Positions 12,020-26,300 are shown, counted from the stretch's first letter. The stretch is DNA of 64,000 nucleotides from Camelus ferus (GCF_009834535.1 NC_045697.1:121088001-121152000), one strand, 5' to 3'. Numbers and translations: made by a program. The notes: generated from the letters alone by a model not told the origin.

Positions 12020-14315
12020 ACCTCCCCTGTCCTGGGGGAGGCACTAGATGCTACCTGCGTTTCCAGCCCAACCCGCGACTTTCCCCGGAAGCCCGCACAA
12101 GGAGACAATCGGGGAAGACACGCGAATGGTTCCAAGGACGTACCAGGCGCTGCAGACAGAGGACGGAACCTCCCCACACTCAGAATTCCGGAACGCGGCC
12201 GAGTGGGTGGGAAAGGTTTGGGCACGCCATCCTCCCAGCTGCCTGGTATCACAGGTGTTCCCTTGCAGGGGGATTACCGCTAATTACCTCCCAAGTCCAG
12301 GGGGAGGCACTACATGTTACCTGCTTTTCCATCACAACCCCCGAATTTCCCGGGCAGCCTGCACTAGGAGACACTCGGGGAAGACACGCGGAGGGCTCCT
12401 AGGAGATCTCAGGGGCTGCAGACAGAAGAAGGAAACCCCCACACTCAGAAATCCGGAACGCGGCCGAGTTGGTTGGGTAAGTTTGGTGCCGCACTCCGCG
12501 CATCTGCCTGGTGTCACATTTATTCCCTTTCTGGGGGAATTCCGCTAATTACCTCCCCTGTCCAGGGGGAGGCACTAGATGCTATCTGCATTTCCAGCCC
12601 GACCCCCGACTTTCCCCGGCATCCCGCATAGGAGACACTCGGGGAAGACACGCGGAGGGCTCCTAGGTTATCCCAGGTGCAGCAGACAGAGTACGGACCT
12701 CCCCACACTCAGAAATCCGGAACGAGGCCGGGCGGTGTGGGAGGTTTCTGGCCGCCCTCCACGCATCTGCCGGGAGTTACATGTGTTTCCTGTCAGGGGG
12801 AAGTCCGCTAATTTCCTTCCCTGTCCAGGGGGAGGCGCTACATGCTACCTTCATTTCCAGCAAAACCCACACATTTCCCCGGCAGCCCGCAATTTTAGAC
12901 ACTCGGGGAAGACACGCGGAGTGCTCCTAGGAGATCCCAGGCGCTGCAGACAGAGTACGGAACATCCCAAAACTCAGAATTCCGAAACGCAGCCGAGTGG
13001 GTGTGGGAGGTTTGGGACCACACTCCACGCAGCTCCCTGGTGTCACAGGTGTTCCCTGGAAAGGGTAAGTCCGCTGAATACCTCCCCTGTCCAGGGGGAG
13101 GCACTATATGCTACCTGCATTTCCAGAACAACCCCCACATTTCCCCAACTCCCCGAACTAGGATACACTCAGGGAAGACACGCGGAGTGCTCCTAGGAGA
13201 CCCCAGGCGCTGCAGAAAGATGACCGAACCTCCCCACACTCAGAATTCCGGAACAAGGCCGAGTGGGTGGGGGAGTTTTGGGACCAAACCCCACGAAGCT
13301 GCCGGGTGTTACATGTGTTCTCTGGCTGGGGGATGTCCGCTAATTACCTCCCCTGTCCAGGGGGAGGCGCTACATGCTACCTGCTTTTCCAGCCCAACAC
13401 CAGCATTTCCCCGGCACACTGCACTAGGATTCACTCGGTGAAGACAGGCGGAGGGCTCCTAGGAGATCCCAGGTGCTGCAGACAGAGGAAGGAACCTCTC
13501 CACACTCAAAATTCCGGAACAAGGCCGAGTGGTTAGGGGAGGTTTGGGGCGGCCCTCCACGCAGTTGCCTGGTGTCACAGGTGTTCCCTGGAAGGGGGAA
13601 GTCCGCTAATTACCTCCCCTGTTCAGGGGGAGGCACTACATGCTACCTGCATTTCCAGCCCTACCCCCACCGTTCCCCGGCATCCAGCAAGAGGAGACAC
13701 ACGGGGAAGACATGCGGAGTGCTCCTAGGAAATCCCAGGAGCTGAAGAAAGAGTACAGAACTTCCCCACCCACAGAATAACAGAACGCGGACGAGAGTTT
13801 TCGGGAGGTTTGGGTCCGACCTCCACGCAGCTGCTTTGTGTCACAGGTGTTCCAAGCCAGGGGAAATTCCGCTTTTACCTCTCCTGTCCAGGGGGATTCC
13901 CTAGATGCTACCTGCAATTCCAGCACAACACCAGGCTTTCCCTGCATCCCACACTAGGAGACACTCGGGGAATACACGTGGAGGCTCCTAGGTGATCCCA
14001 GGTGCTGCAGAGAGAATACGGAACCTCCCCACACTCAGAATTCCGTAACGCGGCCGAGTGGGTGGGGGAGGTTTGGGGCCTCCCTCCACGCAGCTGCCTG
14101 GTGTCACAGGTGTTCCCTGGCAGGGGGAAGACCGCTAATTACCACCCCTGTCCAGGGGGTGAAACTACATGCTACCTGCATTTCCAGCCCAACCCCCGCA
14201 TTTCCCTGTCTGCCCGCACTAGGAGACACTCGGGGAAGGCACGCGGAGGGCTCCTATGAGATCTCAGGCGCTGCAGACAGAGGACGGAACCTCCCCACAC
14301 TCAGAATTCCAGAAC
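12020..14315. repeat. Dispersed, slightly more diverged copy of the monomer run at ~4040-6335
   Basis: ORF offset ~7980 (4067/12048, 5021/13001, 5656/13636, 6022/14002). Boundaries approximate. Confidence 0.85.
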
Positions 14316-17300
14316 AAGGCCGAGTGGGTGGGGTAGGTTTGGCATTACCCAACACGCAGCAGCCTGGTGTCACAGGTGTTCCCTGGAAGGGGGAAGTTCG
14401 CTAATTACCTACCCTGTCCAGGGGTAGGCACTACAAGCTACCTGCATTTCCAGCCCAAACCCCACCTTTCCCCGGGTTCCCGCACTAGGGGAGACTCGGG
14501 GAAGACACGCTGAGGGCTCCTAGATGTCAGGCGCTGCAGACCGAGTACGGAAATTCTCCACACTCAGAATTCCGGAACGCGGCCGAGTGGGTGGGGAAGT
14601 TTTGGGGCCGCTCTCCACGCAGCTGACCGGTGTCACAGGTGTTCCATGGCAGGGGGATTTCCGCTTTTAACTCTACTGTCCAGGAGGTGCCCCTAGATGC
14701 TACCTGAAATTCCAGCACAACACCAGGCATTCCCTGCAGCCCGCACTAGGAGACACTCGGTGAATACAAGCGGAGGGCTCCTAGGTGATCCCAGGCGCTA
14801 CAGAGTACGGAAACTCCCCACACTCAGAATTCCGGAACGCGGCCGATTGGGTGGGGAAGTTTTGTGGCCGCTCTCCACGCAGCTGACCGTTGTCACAGGT
14901 GTTCTATGGCAGGGGGATTTCCGCTTTTACCTCTACTGTCCAGGAGGTGTCCCTAGATGCTACCTGAAATTCCAGCACAACACCAGGCATTCCCTGCAGC
15001 CCGCACTAGGAGACACTCGGGGAATACAAGCGGAGGGCTCCTAGGTGATCCCAGGCGCTGCAGACAGAGTACGGAACCTCCACACACTCAGAATTCCGGA
15101 ACGCGGCCGAGTGGGTGGGGAAGGTTTGGGGCCGCCCTCCACGCAGCTGCCTGGTGTCACAGGTGTTCCCAGGCAGGGGGAATTCAGCTAATTACCTCCC
15201 CTATCCAGGGGGAGGCACTACATGCTACCTGCTTTTCCAGCACTACATGCTACCTGCTTTTCCACCACAACCCCCGCATTTTCCCTGTAGCCTGCACTAG
15301 GAGAAACTCGGGGAAGACACGCGGAGGGCTCCTAGGAGATCCCAGGTGCTGCAGACAGAGTACGGAACTTCCCCAAACTCAGAATTCCGGAACGCGGCTG
15401 AGTGGGTAGGGGAGGTTTGGGCCGCCCTCCACGCAGCTGCCTTGTGTCACAGGTGTTCCATGTCAGGGGGAATTTTGCTTTTACCTCTCCTGTCCAGGGG
15501 GAGTCCCTAGATGCTACCTGCAATTCCAGCCCAACACCAGGGTTTCCCTGCAGCCCGCACTAGGAGACACTCGGGGAATACACGCGGAGGGCTCCTAGGT
15601 GATCCCAGGCTCTGCAGACTGAATATGGAACCTCCACAAATTCAGAATTACGGAACGCGGCCGAGTGGGTGGGGGAGGATTGGGGCCGCCCACCACACAG
15701 CTGCCTGGTGTGTAGGTGATCCCTGGAAGGGGGAAGTCCGCTAAATTCCTCCCCTTTCCAGGGGAAATCACTAGATGCTACCTGAATTTCCAGCCCATCC
15801 CACGCATTTCCCCGGCAGCCCGCACTAGGAGACACTCGGAGAAGACACGTTGTTTGCTACTAGGGGATTCCAGGTGCTGCACAGAAGACCGAACCTCCCC
15901 AAACTCAGAATTCCGGAACGTGGCCGAGTGGGTTTGGGAGGTTTGGGACCAAACCCCACGCAGCTGCATGGTGTGAAAAGTGTTCCCTGGAAGGGGGAAT
16001 TCCGCTAAATTCCTCCCTTGTCCAGGGGGAGGCACTACAAGCTACCTGCATTTCCAGCCCAACACCCGACTTTCCCCGGCTCCCCGCACGAGTATACAAT
16101 CGGGGAAGACACGCGGAGGGCTCCTAGGAGATGCCAGGCGCTGCAGACCGAGTACGGAAATTCTCCACACTCAGAATTCCGTAACGCGGCCGAGTGGGTG
16201 GGGGAGATTTGGGGCCGCATTCCACGAAGCTGCCTGGTGTCACAGGTGTTCCCTGGCAGGGGGAAGACCGCTAATTACCACCCCTGTCCAGTTGGTGAAA
16301 CTACAGGCTACCTGCATTTCCAGCCCACCCCCGCATTTCCCTGTCTGCCCGCACTAGGAGACACTCGGGGAAGGCACGCGGAAGGCTCCTATCAGATCTC
16401 AGGTGCTGCAGACATAGGACGGAACCTCCCCACACTCAGAATTCCAGAACAAGTCCGAGTGGGAGTGGGAGGATTGGGGCCGCCCTCCACGCAGCTGCCT
16501 CTTGTCACAGGTGTTCCCTGGCAGGTTGAAGTCCGCTAATTACCTTCCCCGTCCAGGGGGAGGCACTAGATTCTATCTGCATTTCCAGCCGGACGCCCGC
16601 CTTTCCCCGGCATCCCTCATTAGGAGACACAAGGGGGAAGACACGCGGAGGGCTCCTAGGTGATCCCAGGCGCTGCAGAGAGATTACGGCACCTCCACAC
16701 ACTCAGAATACCGCAACGCGGCCGAGTGGTTGGGGGAGGTTTGGGGCCGACCTCCACGCAGCTGCCTGGTGTCACAGGTTTTCCCTGGCAGGGGGAATTC
16801 CGTTAATTACCTCACCTGTCCAGGGAGAGGCACTACATGCTACCTGCATTTCCAGCCCAACCCCCGCCTTTCCCCTGCTCCCAGCACTAGGATACACTCG
16901 GGGAAGGCATGCGGAGGGCTCCTAGAGATTCCAGGCGCTGCAGACAGAGTACGGAACTTCCCCACACTCAGAATTAAGGAACGCGGCCGAGTGGGTGGGG
17001 TAGGTTTGGCATAACCCCACACGCAGCAGCCTGGTGTCACAGGTGTTCCCTGGAAGGGGGAAGTTCGCTAATTACCTACCCTGTCCAGGGGGAGGCACTA
17101 CAATCTACCTGAATTTCCAGCCCAACCCCCGAATTTCCCCGGCTTCCCGCACTATGGGACACTCGGTGAAGACACGCGGAGGGCTCCTGGGTGATCCCAG
17201 GTGCAGCAGACAGAGTACGGAACCTCCCCACACTCAGAATTCCAGAACAAGGCCGAATGTGTGTGGGAGGTTTGGGGCCGCCCTTCACGCAGCTGCGTGG

Positions 17301-20300
17301 TGTCACATGTGTTCCTTGATGGGAAATCCGCTAATTACCTCCCATGTCCAAAGGGAGGCTCTACATGCTACCTGCATTTCCAGCACAACCCCCAATTTTC
17401 TCCGGCAGCCCGCACTAGGAGACACTCTGGGAAGACACGCGGAGGGCGCCTAAGTGATCCCAGTCGCTACAAACAGAGGACGGACCTCACCACACTCAGA
17501 ATTCCGGAACGCGGCCGAGTGGGTCAGGGAGGTTTGGGGCCGACCTCCACGAACCTGCCTAGTGTCACAGGTGTTCCCTGGCAGGGGAAAGTCCGCTAAT
17601 TACCTCCCCTGTCCTGGGGGAGGCACTAGATGCTACCTGCGTTTCCAGCCCAACCCGCGACTTTCCCCGGAAGCCCGCACAAGGAGACAATCGGGGAAGA
17701 CACGCGAATGGTTCCAAGGACGTCCCAGGCGCTGCAGACAGAGGACGGAACCTCCCCACACTCAGAATTCCGGAACGCGGCCGAGTGGGTGGGAAAGGTT
17801 TGGGCACGCCATCCTCCCAGCTGCCTGGTATCACAGGTGTTCCCTGGCAGGGGAAAGTCCGCTAATTACCTCCCCTGTCCAGGGGGAGTCCCTAGATGCT
17901 ACCTGCAATTCCAGCCCAACACCAGGCTTTCCCTGCAGCCCGCACTAGGAGACACTCGGGGAATACACGCGGAGGGCTCCTAGGTGATCCCAGGCGCTGC
18001 AGACTGAATACGGAACCTCCACAAATTCAGAATTACGGAACGCGGCCGAGTGGGTGGGGGAGGATTGGGGCCGCCCACCACACAGCTTCCTGGTCTCACA
18101 GGTGTTCCCTGGAAGGGGGAAGTCCGCTAAATTCCTCCCCTGTCCAGGGGAAATCACTAGATGCTACCTGAATTTCCAGCCCATCCCCCGCATTTCCCCG
18201 GCAACCCGCACTAGGAGACACTCGGAGAAGACACGTTGTTTGCTACTAGGGGATTCCAGGTGCTGCACAGAAGACCGAACCTCCCCAAACTCAGAATTCC
18301 GGAACGTGGCCGAGTGGGTTGGGGAGGTTTGGGACCAAACCCCACGCAGCTGCATGGTGTCAAAAGTGTTCCCTGGAAGGGGGAATTCCGCTAAATTCCT
18401 CCCATGTCCAGGGGGAGGCACTACAATCTACCTGCATTTCCAGCCCAACACCCGACTTTCCCCGGCTCCCCGCACGAGTATACAATCGGGGAAGACACGC
18501 CGAGGGCTCCTAGGAGATGCCAGGCGCTGCAGACCGAGTACGGAAATTCTCCACACTCAGAATTCCGGAAAGCGGCCGAGTGGGTGCGGAAGGTTTGGGG
18601 CCGCTCTCCACGCAGCTGACCGGTGTCACAGGTGTTCCATGGCAGGGGGATTTCCGCTTTTAACTCTACTGTCCAGGAGGTGTCCCTAGATGCTACCTGA
18701 AATTCCAGCACAACACCAGGCATTCCCTGCAGTCCGCACTAGGAGACACTCGGGGAATACAAGCGGAGGGCTCCTAGGTGATCCAAGGCGCTGCAGACAG
18801 AGTACGGAACCTCCCCACACTCAGAATTCAGGAACGCGGCCGAGTGGGTGGGGGAGGTTTGGGGCCTCCCTCCACGCAGCTACCTGGTGTCACAGGTGTT
18901 CCCTGGCAGGGGGAAGACCGCTAATTACCACCCCTGTCCAGGGGGTGAAACTATATGCTACCTGCATTTCCAGCCCAACCCCCGCATTTCCCTGTCTGCC
19001 CGCACTAGGAGACACTCGGGGAAGGCACGCGGAGGGCTCCTATGAGATCTCAGGCGCTGCAGACAGAGGACGGAACCTCCCCACACTCAGAATTACAGAA
19101 CAAGTCCGAGTGGGTGTGGGAGGTTTGGGGCCGCCCTCCACGCAGCTGCCTCTTGTCACAGGTGTTCCCTGGCAGGGTGAAGTCCGCTAATTACCTTCCC
19201 CGTCCAGGGGGAGGCACTAGATGATATCTGCATTTCCAGCCCGACCCCCGCCTTTCCCCGGCATCCCGCATTAGGAGACACTCGGGGAAGACACGCGGAG
19301 GGCTCCTAGTTGATCCCAGGCGCTGCAGAGAGAGTACGGCACCTCCCAACACTCAGAATACCGGAACGCGGCCGAGTGGTTGGTTGAGGTTTGGAGCCGT
19401 CCTCCACGCAGCTGCCTCTTGTCACAGGTTTTCCCTGGCAGGGGGAATTACGCTAATTACCTGATCTGTCCAGGGAGAGGCACTACATGCTACCTGCATT
19501 TCCAGCCCAATCCCCGCCATTCCTCGGGTCCCAGCACTAGGATACACTCGGGGAAGACACGCGGAGTGCTCCTAGAGATCCCAGGCGCTGCAGACAGAGT
19601 ATGGAACTTCCCCACACTCAGAATTAAGGAACGCGGCCGAGTGGGTGGGGTAGGTTTGGCATTACCCAACACGCAGTAGCCTGGTGTCACAGGTGTTCCC
19701 TGGAAGGGGGAAGTTCGCTAATTACCTACCCTGTCCAGGGGTAGGCACTACAAGCTAACTGCATTTCCAGCCCAAACCCCACCTTTCCCCGGGTTCCCGC
19801 ACTATGGGAGACTCGGGGAAGACACGCTGAGGGCTCCTAGGTGATCCGAGGTGCTGCAGAGAGAATACGGAACCTCCCCAAACTCAGAATTCCGGAACGT
19901 GGCCGAGTGGGTGGGGGAAGTTTGGGACCAAACCCCACGCAGCTGCATGGTGTCAAAAGTGTTCCCTGGAAGGGGGAATTCCGCTAAATTCCTACCCTGT
20001 CCAGGGGGAGGCACTACAATCTACCTGCATTTCCAGCCCAACCCCCGCATTTCCCCGGCAGACCGCACTAGGAGACCCTCGGGGAAGACACGCGGAGGGC
20101 TCCTAGGAGATGCCAGGTGCTGCAGACCGAGTACGGAAATTCTCCACACTCAGAATTCCGGAACGCGGCCGAGTGGGTGGGGAAGGTTTGGGGCCGCCCT
20201 CCACGCAGCTGCCTCTTGTCACAGGTGTTCCCTGGCAGGGTGAATTCCGCTAATTAACTTCCCTATCCAGGGGGAGGCACTACATGCTACCTGTTATTCC

Positions 20301-23300
20301 AGCCCAACCCCCGCCTTTCCCAGCTCCCCGCTCTAGGATACACTCTGAGAAGACACGCGGAGGGCTCCTAGGTGATTCCAGGTGCTGCAGACAGAGTACG
20401 GATCCTCCACAAATTCAGAATACCGGACGCGGCCGAGTGGGTAGGGGAGGTTTGGGGCTGCTCTCCACGCAGCTGCCTGGCGTCACAGGTGTTCCCTGGC
20501 AGGGGGAATTCCGCTAATTGCCTCTTCTGTCCAGGGGGAGTCACTAGATGCTACCTGTATTTCCAGCACATCCCCCGCATTTCCCTGGCTGCCCACAACT
20601 TGAGACACTTGGGGAATACACGCGGAGGGCTCCTAGGAGATCCCAGGCGCTGCAGACAGATTACGGAACCTCCCCACACTCAGAATTCCAGAACAAGACC
20701 GAGTGGGTGTAGGAGGTTTCGGGCCGCCTTCCACGCAGCTGCCTCTTGTCACAAGTGTTCCCTGGCAGGTTGAAGTCCGGTAATTACCTTCCCTGTCCAG
20801 GGGGAGGCACTAGATGCTACCTGCTTTTCCAGCAACACCCCGCATTTTCCCTGTAGCCCGCACTAGGAGACACTCGGGGAAGACACGCGGAGGGCTCCTA
20901 GGTGATCCCAGGCACTGCAGACAGATTATGGAACCTCCCCACACTCAGACTTCCGGAACGCGGCCGAGTGTTTGGGGGAGGTTTGGGGCCGACCTCCACG
21001 CAGCTGCCTGGTGTCAAAGGTGTTCCATGGCATGGGGAATTCCGCGTTTACCTCTCCTGTCCAGGGGGATTCCCTAGATGCTACCTGCATTTCCAGCACA
21101 ACACCAGGCTTTCCCTGCAGCCCGCCCTAGGAGACACTCGGGGAATACAAGCGGAGGGCTCCTAGGTGATCCCAGGCGCTGCAAACAAGTACGGATCCTC
21201 CACAAACTCAGAATACCTTAACGCGGCCGAGTGGGTGGGGGAATATTGGGGCTGCCTTCCACAAAGCTGCCTGGTTTCGCAGGTGTTCCCTGGCAGGGGA
21301 AGTCCTCTAATTACCAATCCTGTCCAGGGGGAGTCACTAGATGCTACCAGCATTTCCAGCCAAACCCCCGCCTTTCCCTGGCTGCCCGCAATAGGAGACA
21401 CTTGGGTAAGACACGCGGAAGGCTCCTAGGTAATCAGAGGCGCTGCAGACAGATTACGGAACCTCCCAACACTCACAATTCCATAACAAGGCCGAGTGGG
21501 GGTGGGAGGTTTGGGGCCGCCTTCCACGCAGCGGACTCTTGTCACAGGTGTTCCATGGCAGGGAGAAGTCCGCTAAATTCCTTCCCTGTCCAGGGGGAGG
21601 CACTAGAAGATACCTGCTTTTCCAGCCTGACCCCCGCATTTCCCCCGCAGCCCGAACTAGTAGACACTCGGGGAAGACACGCGGATGGCTCCTAGGAGAT
21701 ACCAGGCGCTGCAGACAGAGGACGGAACCTCGCCACGCTCAGAAATCCGGAACGCAGCCGAGTGGGTGGGGGAGTTTTGGGGCGGCCCTCCTCGCAGCTG
21801 CCTGGTGTCACAAGTGTTCCCTTGCAGGGGGTATTCCGATTTTACCTCACCAGTCCAGTGGGAGGCACTAGATGCTACCTGCATTTCCAGCCCAACCCCC
21901 GCCTTTCCCCGGCAGCTCGCACTAGGAGACACTCGGGTAAGACACGCGGAGGGCTCCTAGGAGATCCCAGGCGCTGCAGACAGAGGACGGGACCTCGCCA
22001 CCCTCAGAATTCCGGAACGCGGCCGAGTGGCTGGGGGAGGTTTGGGGCCGCCCTCCTCGCAGCTGCCTGGTGTCACAGATGTTCCCTGGCAGGGGGAAGA
22101 CCGCTAATTTCCTGACCTGTCCAAGGGGAGGCTCTAAATGCTACCTGCATTTCCAGACCAACCCCCGCCTTTCGCCGGGAGCCCGCACTAGGAGACACTC
22201 GGGGAAGACACGCGGAGGGCTCCTAGGAGATCCAAGGCGCTGCAAACAGAGTACGGATCCTCCACACACTCAGAATTCTTAACGCGGCCGAGTGTGTGGG
22301 GGAAGATAGGGGCTGCCCTCCACGAAGCTGCCTGGTGTTGCAGGTGTTCCCAGGAAGGGGGAAGTCCGCTAATTACCTCTCCTGTCCAGAGGGATTCAGT
22401 ACATGCTATCTACATTTCCAGTCCAACCCCCACATTTCCCCAGCACCGCGAACTAGGAGACACTCGATGTAGACAAGCGGAGGGTTCTTAAGAGATCCCA
22501 GGCGCTGTACACAGAGTACGGATCCTCCACACACTCAGAATACCTTAACGCGGCCGAGTGGGTGGGGGAAGATTGGGGCTGCCTTCCACGAAACTGCCTG
22601 GTGTCGCAGGTGTTCCGTCACAGGGGAAGTCCTCTAATTACCTCTCCTGTGCAGGGGGAGTCACTAGATGCTACCTGCATTTCCAGCCAAACCCCCGCCT
22701 TTCCCTGGCTGTCCGCACTAGGAGACACTCGGGGAAGACACGCGGAAGGCTCCTAGGTGATCCCAGGCGCTGCATACAGATTACGGAACCTCCCCACACT
22801 CAGAATTCCAGAACAAAGCCTAGTGGGTGTGGGAGGTTTGAGCCATCCTCCACGCAGCTGACTCTTGTCACAGGTGTTCCCTGGAAGGGAGAATTCCGCT
22901 AAATACCTTCCCTGTCCAGTGGGAGGCGCTACATGCTACCTGCTTTTCCAGCCCAACCCCCGCATTTACCCGGAAGCCCGCACAATGAGACACTCGGGGA
23001 AGACACGCGGAGGGCGCATAGGTGATCCCAGTCGCTGCAGACAGAGGACGGACCTCCCCACACTCAGAATTCCGGAACGCGGCCGAGTGGGTCAGGGAGG
23101 TTTGGGGACGCCCTCCACGAACCTGCCTAGTGTCACAGGTGTTCCCTGGCAGGGGAAAGTCCGCTAATTACCTCCCCTGTCCTGGGGGAGGCACTTGATT
23201 CTACCTGCGTTTCCAGCCCAACCCGCGACTTTCCCCGGAAGCCCGCACAAGGAGACAATTGTGGAAGACACGCGAATGGTTCCGAGGATGTCCCAGGCGC

Positions 23301-26300
23301 TTCAGACAGAGGACAGAACCTCCCCACACTCAGAATTCTGGAACGCGGCCAAGTGGGTTGGAAAGGTTTGGGCACGACATCCTCCCAGCTGCCTGGTATC
23401 ACAGGTGTTCCCTGGCAGGGGGATTTCCGCTAATTACCTCCCCAGTCCAGGGGGAGGCACTACATGTTACCTGCTTTTCCATCACAACCCCCGACTTTCC
23501 CGGGCAGCCCGCACTAGGAGACACACGAGGAAGACACGCGGATGGCTCCTAGGAGATCTCAGGCGCTGCAGACAGAAGAAGGAAGCCCCCCACACTCAGA
23601 AATCTGGAACGCGGCCTAGTTGGTTGGGTAAGTTTGATGCCGCACTCCGCGCATCTGTCTGGTGTCACATTTGTTCCCTTTCAGGGGGAATTCCGCTAAT
23701 TACCTCCCCTGTCCAGTGGGAGGCACTAGATGCTATCTGCATTTCCAGCCCGACCCCCGCTTTTCCCCGGCATCCCTCATTAGGAGACACTCGGGGAAGA
23801 CACGCGGAGGGCTCCTAGGTGATCCCAGGCGCTGCAGATAGAGTACGGCACCTCCCAACACTCAGAATACCGGAACGTGGCCGAGTGGTTGGTTGAGGTT
23901 TGGGGCCGACCTCCACGCAGCTGCCTAGTGTCACAGGTGTTCCCTGGAAGGGGGAAGTCCGCTAATTACCTCCCCTGTTCAGGGGGAGGCACTACATGCT
24001 ACCTGCATTTCCAGCCCTACCCCCACCGTTCCCCGGCATCCAGCAAGAGGAGACACACGGGGAAGACATGCGGAGTGCTCCTAGGAAATCCCAGGAGCTG
24101 AAGAAAGAGTACAGAACTTCCCCACCCTCAGAATAACAGAACGCGGACGAGAGTTTTCGGGAGGTTTGGGTCCGACCTCCACGCAGCTGCCTTGTGTCAC
24201 AGGTGTTCCAAGCCAGGGGAAATTCCGCTTTTACCTCTCCTGTCCAGGGGGATTCCCTAGATGCTACCTGCAATTCCAGCACAACACCAGGCTTTCCCTG
24301 CATCCCACACTAGGAGACACTCGGGTAATACACGTGGAGGCTCCAAGGTGATCCCAGGTGCTGCAGAGAGAATACGGAACCTCCCCACACTCAGAATTCC
24401 GTAAGGCGGCCGAGTGGGTGGGGGAGGTTTGGGGCCTCCCTCCACGCAGCTGCCTGGTGTCACAGGTGTTCCTTGGCAGGGGGAAGACCGCTAATTACCA
24501 CCCCTGTCCAGGGGGTGAAACTACATGCTACCTGCATTTCCAGCCCAACCCCCGCATTTCCCTGTCTGCCCGCACTAGGAGACAATCGGGGAAGGCACGC
24601 GGAGGGCTCCTATGAGATCTCAGGCGCTGCAGACAGAGGACGGAACCTCCCCACACTCAGAATTCCAGAACAAGGCCGAGTGGGAGTGGGAGGTTTGGGG
24701 CCGCCCTCCACGCAGCAGCCTCTTGTCACAGGTGTTCCCTGGCAGGGTGAATTCCGCTAATTACCTTCCCCGTCCAGGGGGAAGCACTAGATGCTATCTG
24801 CATTTCCAGCCCGACCCCCGCATTTCCCCAGCATCCCGCATTAGGAGACACTTGGGGAAGACACGCGAAGGGCTCCTAGGTGATCCCAGGCGCTGCAGAG
24901 AGAGTACGGCACCTCCCAACACTCAGAATACCGGAACGCGGCCGAGTGGTTGGTTGAGGTTTGGGGCCGACCTCCACGCAGCTGCCTGGTGTCACAGGTG
25001 TTCCCTGGCAGGGTGAATTCCGCTAATTACCTTCCCCGTCCAGGGGGAAGCTCTAGATGCTATCTGCATTTCCAGCCCGACCCCCGCATTTCCCCGGCAT
25101 CCCGCATTAGGAGACACTCGGGGAAGACACGCTGAGGGCTCCTAGGTGATCCCAGGCGCTGCAGAGAGAGTACGGCACCTCCCAACACTCAGAGTACCGG
25201 AACGCGGCCGAGTGGTTGGTTGAGGTTTGGGGCCGACCTCCACGCAGCTGCCTGGTGTCACAGGTGTTCCCTGGCAGGGGGAATTACGCTAATTACCTGA
25301 TCTGTCCAGGGAGAAGCACTACATGCTACCTGCATTTCCAGCCCAATCCCCGCCATTCCTCGGGTCCCAGCACTAGGATACACTCGGGGAAGACACGCGG
25401 AGTGCTCCTAGAGATCCCAGGCCCTGCAGACAGATTATGGAACTTCCCCACACTCAGAATTAAGGATCGCGGCCGAGTGGGTGGGGTAGGTTTGGCATTA
25501 CCGAACACGCAGCAGCCTGGTGTCACAGGTGTTCCCTGGAAGGGTAAAATTCGCTAATTACCTACCCTGTCCAGGGGTAGGCACTACAAGCTACCTGCAT
25601 TTCCAGCCCAAACCTCACCTTTCCCCGGGTTCCCGCACTAGGGGAGACTCGGGAAAGACACGCTGAGGGCTCCTAGTTGATCCCAGGTGCTGCAGAGAGA
25701 ATACGGAACCTCCCCAAACTCAGAATTCCGGAACGTGGCCGAGTGGGTGTGGGAGGTTTGGGACCAAACCCCACGCAGCTGCATGGTGTCAAAAGTGTTC
25801 CCTGGAAGGGGGAATTCCGCTAAATTCCTACCCTGTCCAGGGGGAGGCACTACAAGCTACCTGCATTTCCAGCCCAATCCCCACATTTCCCCGGCAGACC
25901 GCACCAGGAGACACTCGGTGAAGACACGCGGAGGGCTCCTAGGAGATGCCAGGCGCTGCAGACCGAGTACGGAAATTCTCCACACTCAGAATTCCGGAAA
26001 GCGGCCGAGAGGGTGGGGAAGGTTTGGGGCCGCTCTCCACGCAGCTGACCGGTGTCACAGGTGTTCCATGGCAGGGGGATTTCCGCTTTTACCTCTACTG
26101 TCCAGGAGGTGTCCCTAGATGCTACCTGAAATTCCAGCACAACACCAGGCATTCCCTGCAGCCCGCACTAGGAGACACTCGGGGAATACAAGCGGAGGGC
26201 TCCTAGGTGATCCCAGGCCCTGCAGACTGAATACGGAACCTCCACAAATTCAGAATTACAGAACGCGGCCGAGTGGGTGGGGAAGGTTTGGGGCCGCCGT

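Noticed and set aside
23876..23960. Functional tRNA gene or 5S/snRNA tandem gene array
   Set aside because: An A-box-like motif is present, but there is no intact B box, cloverleaf or anticodon arm, and no resemblance to 5S or U snRNA that I can recognise.
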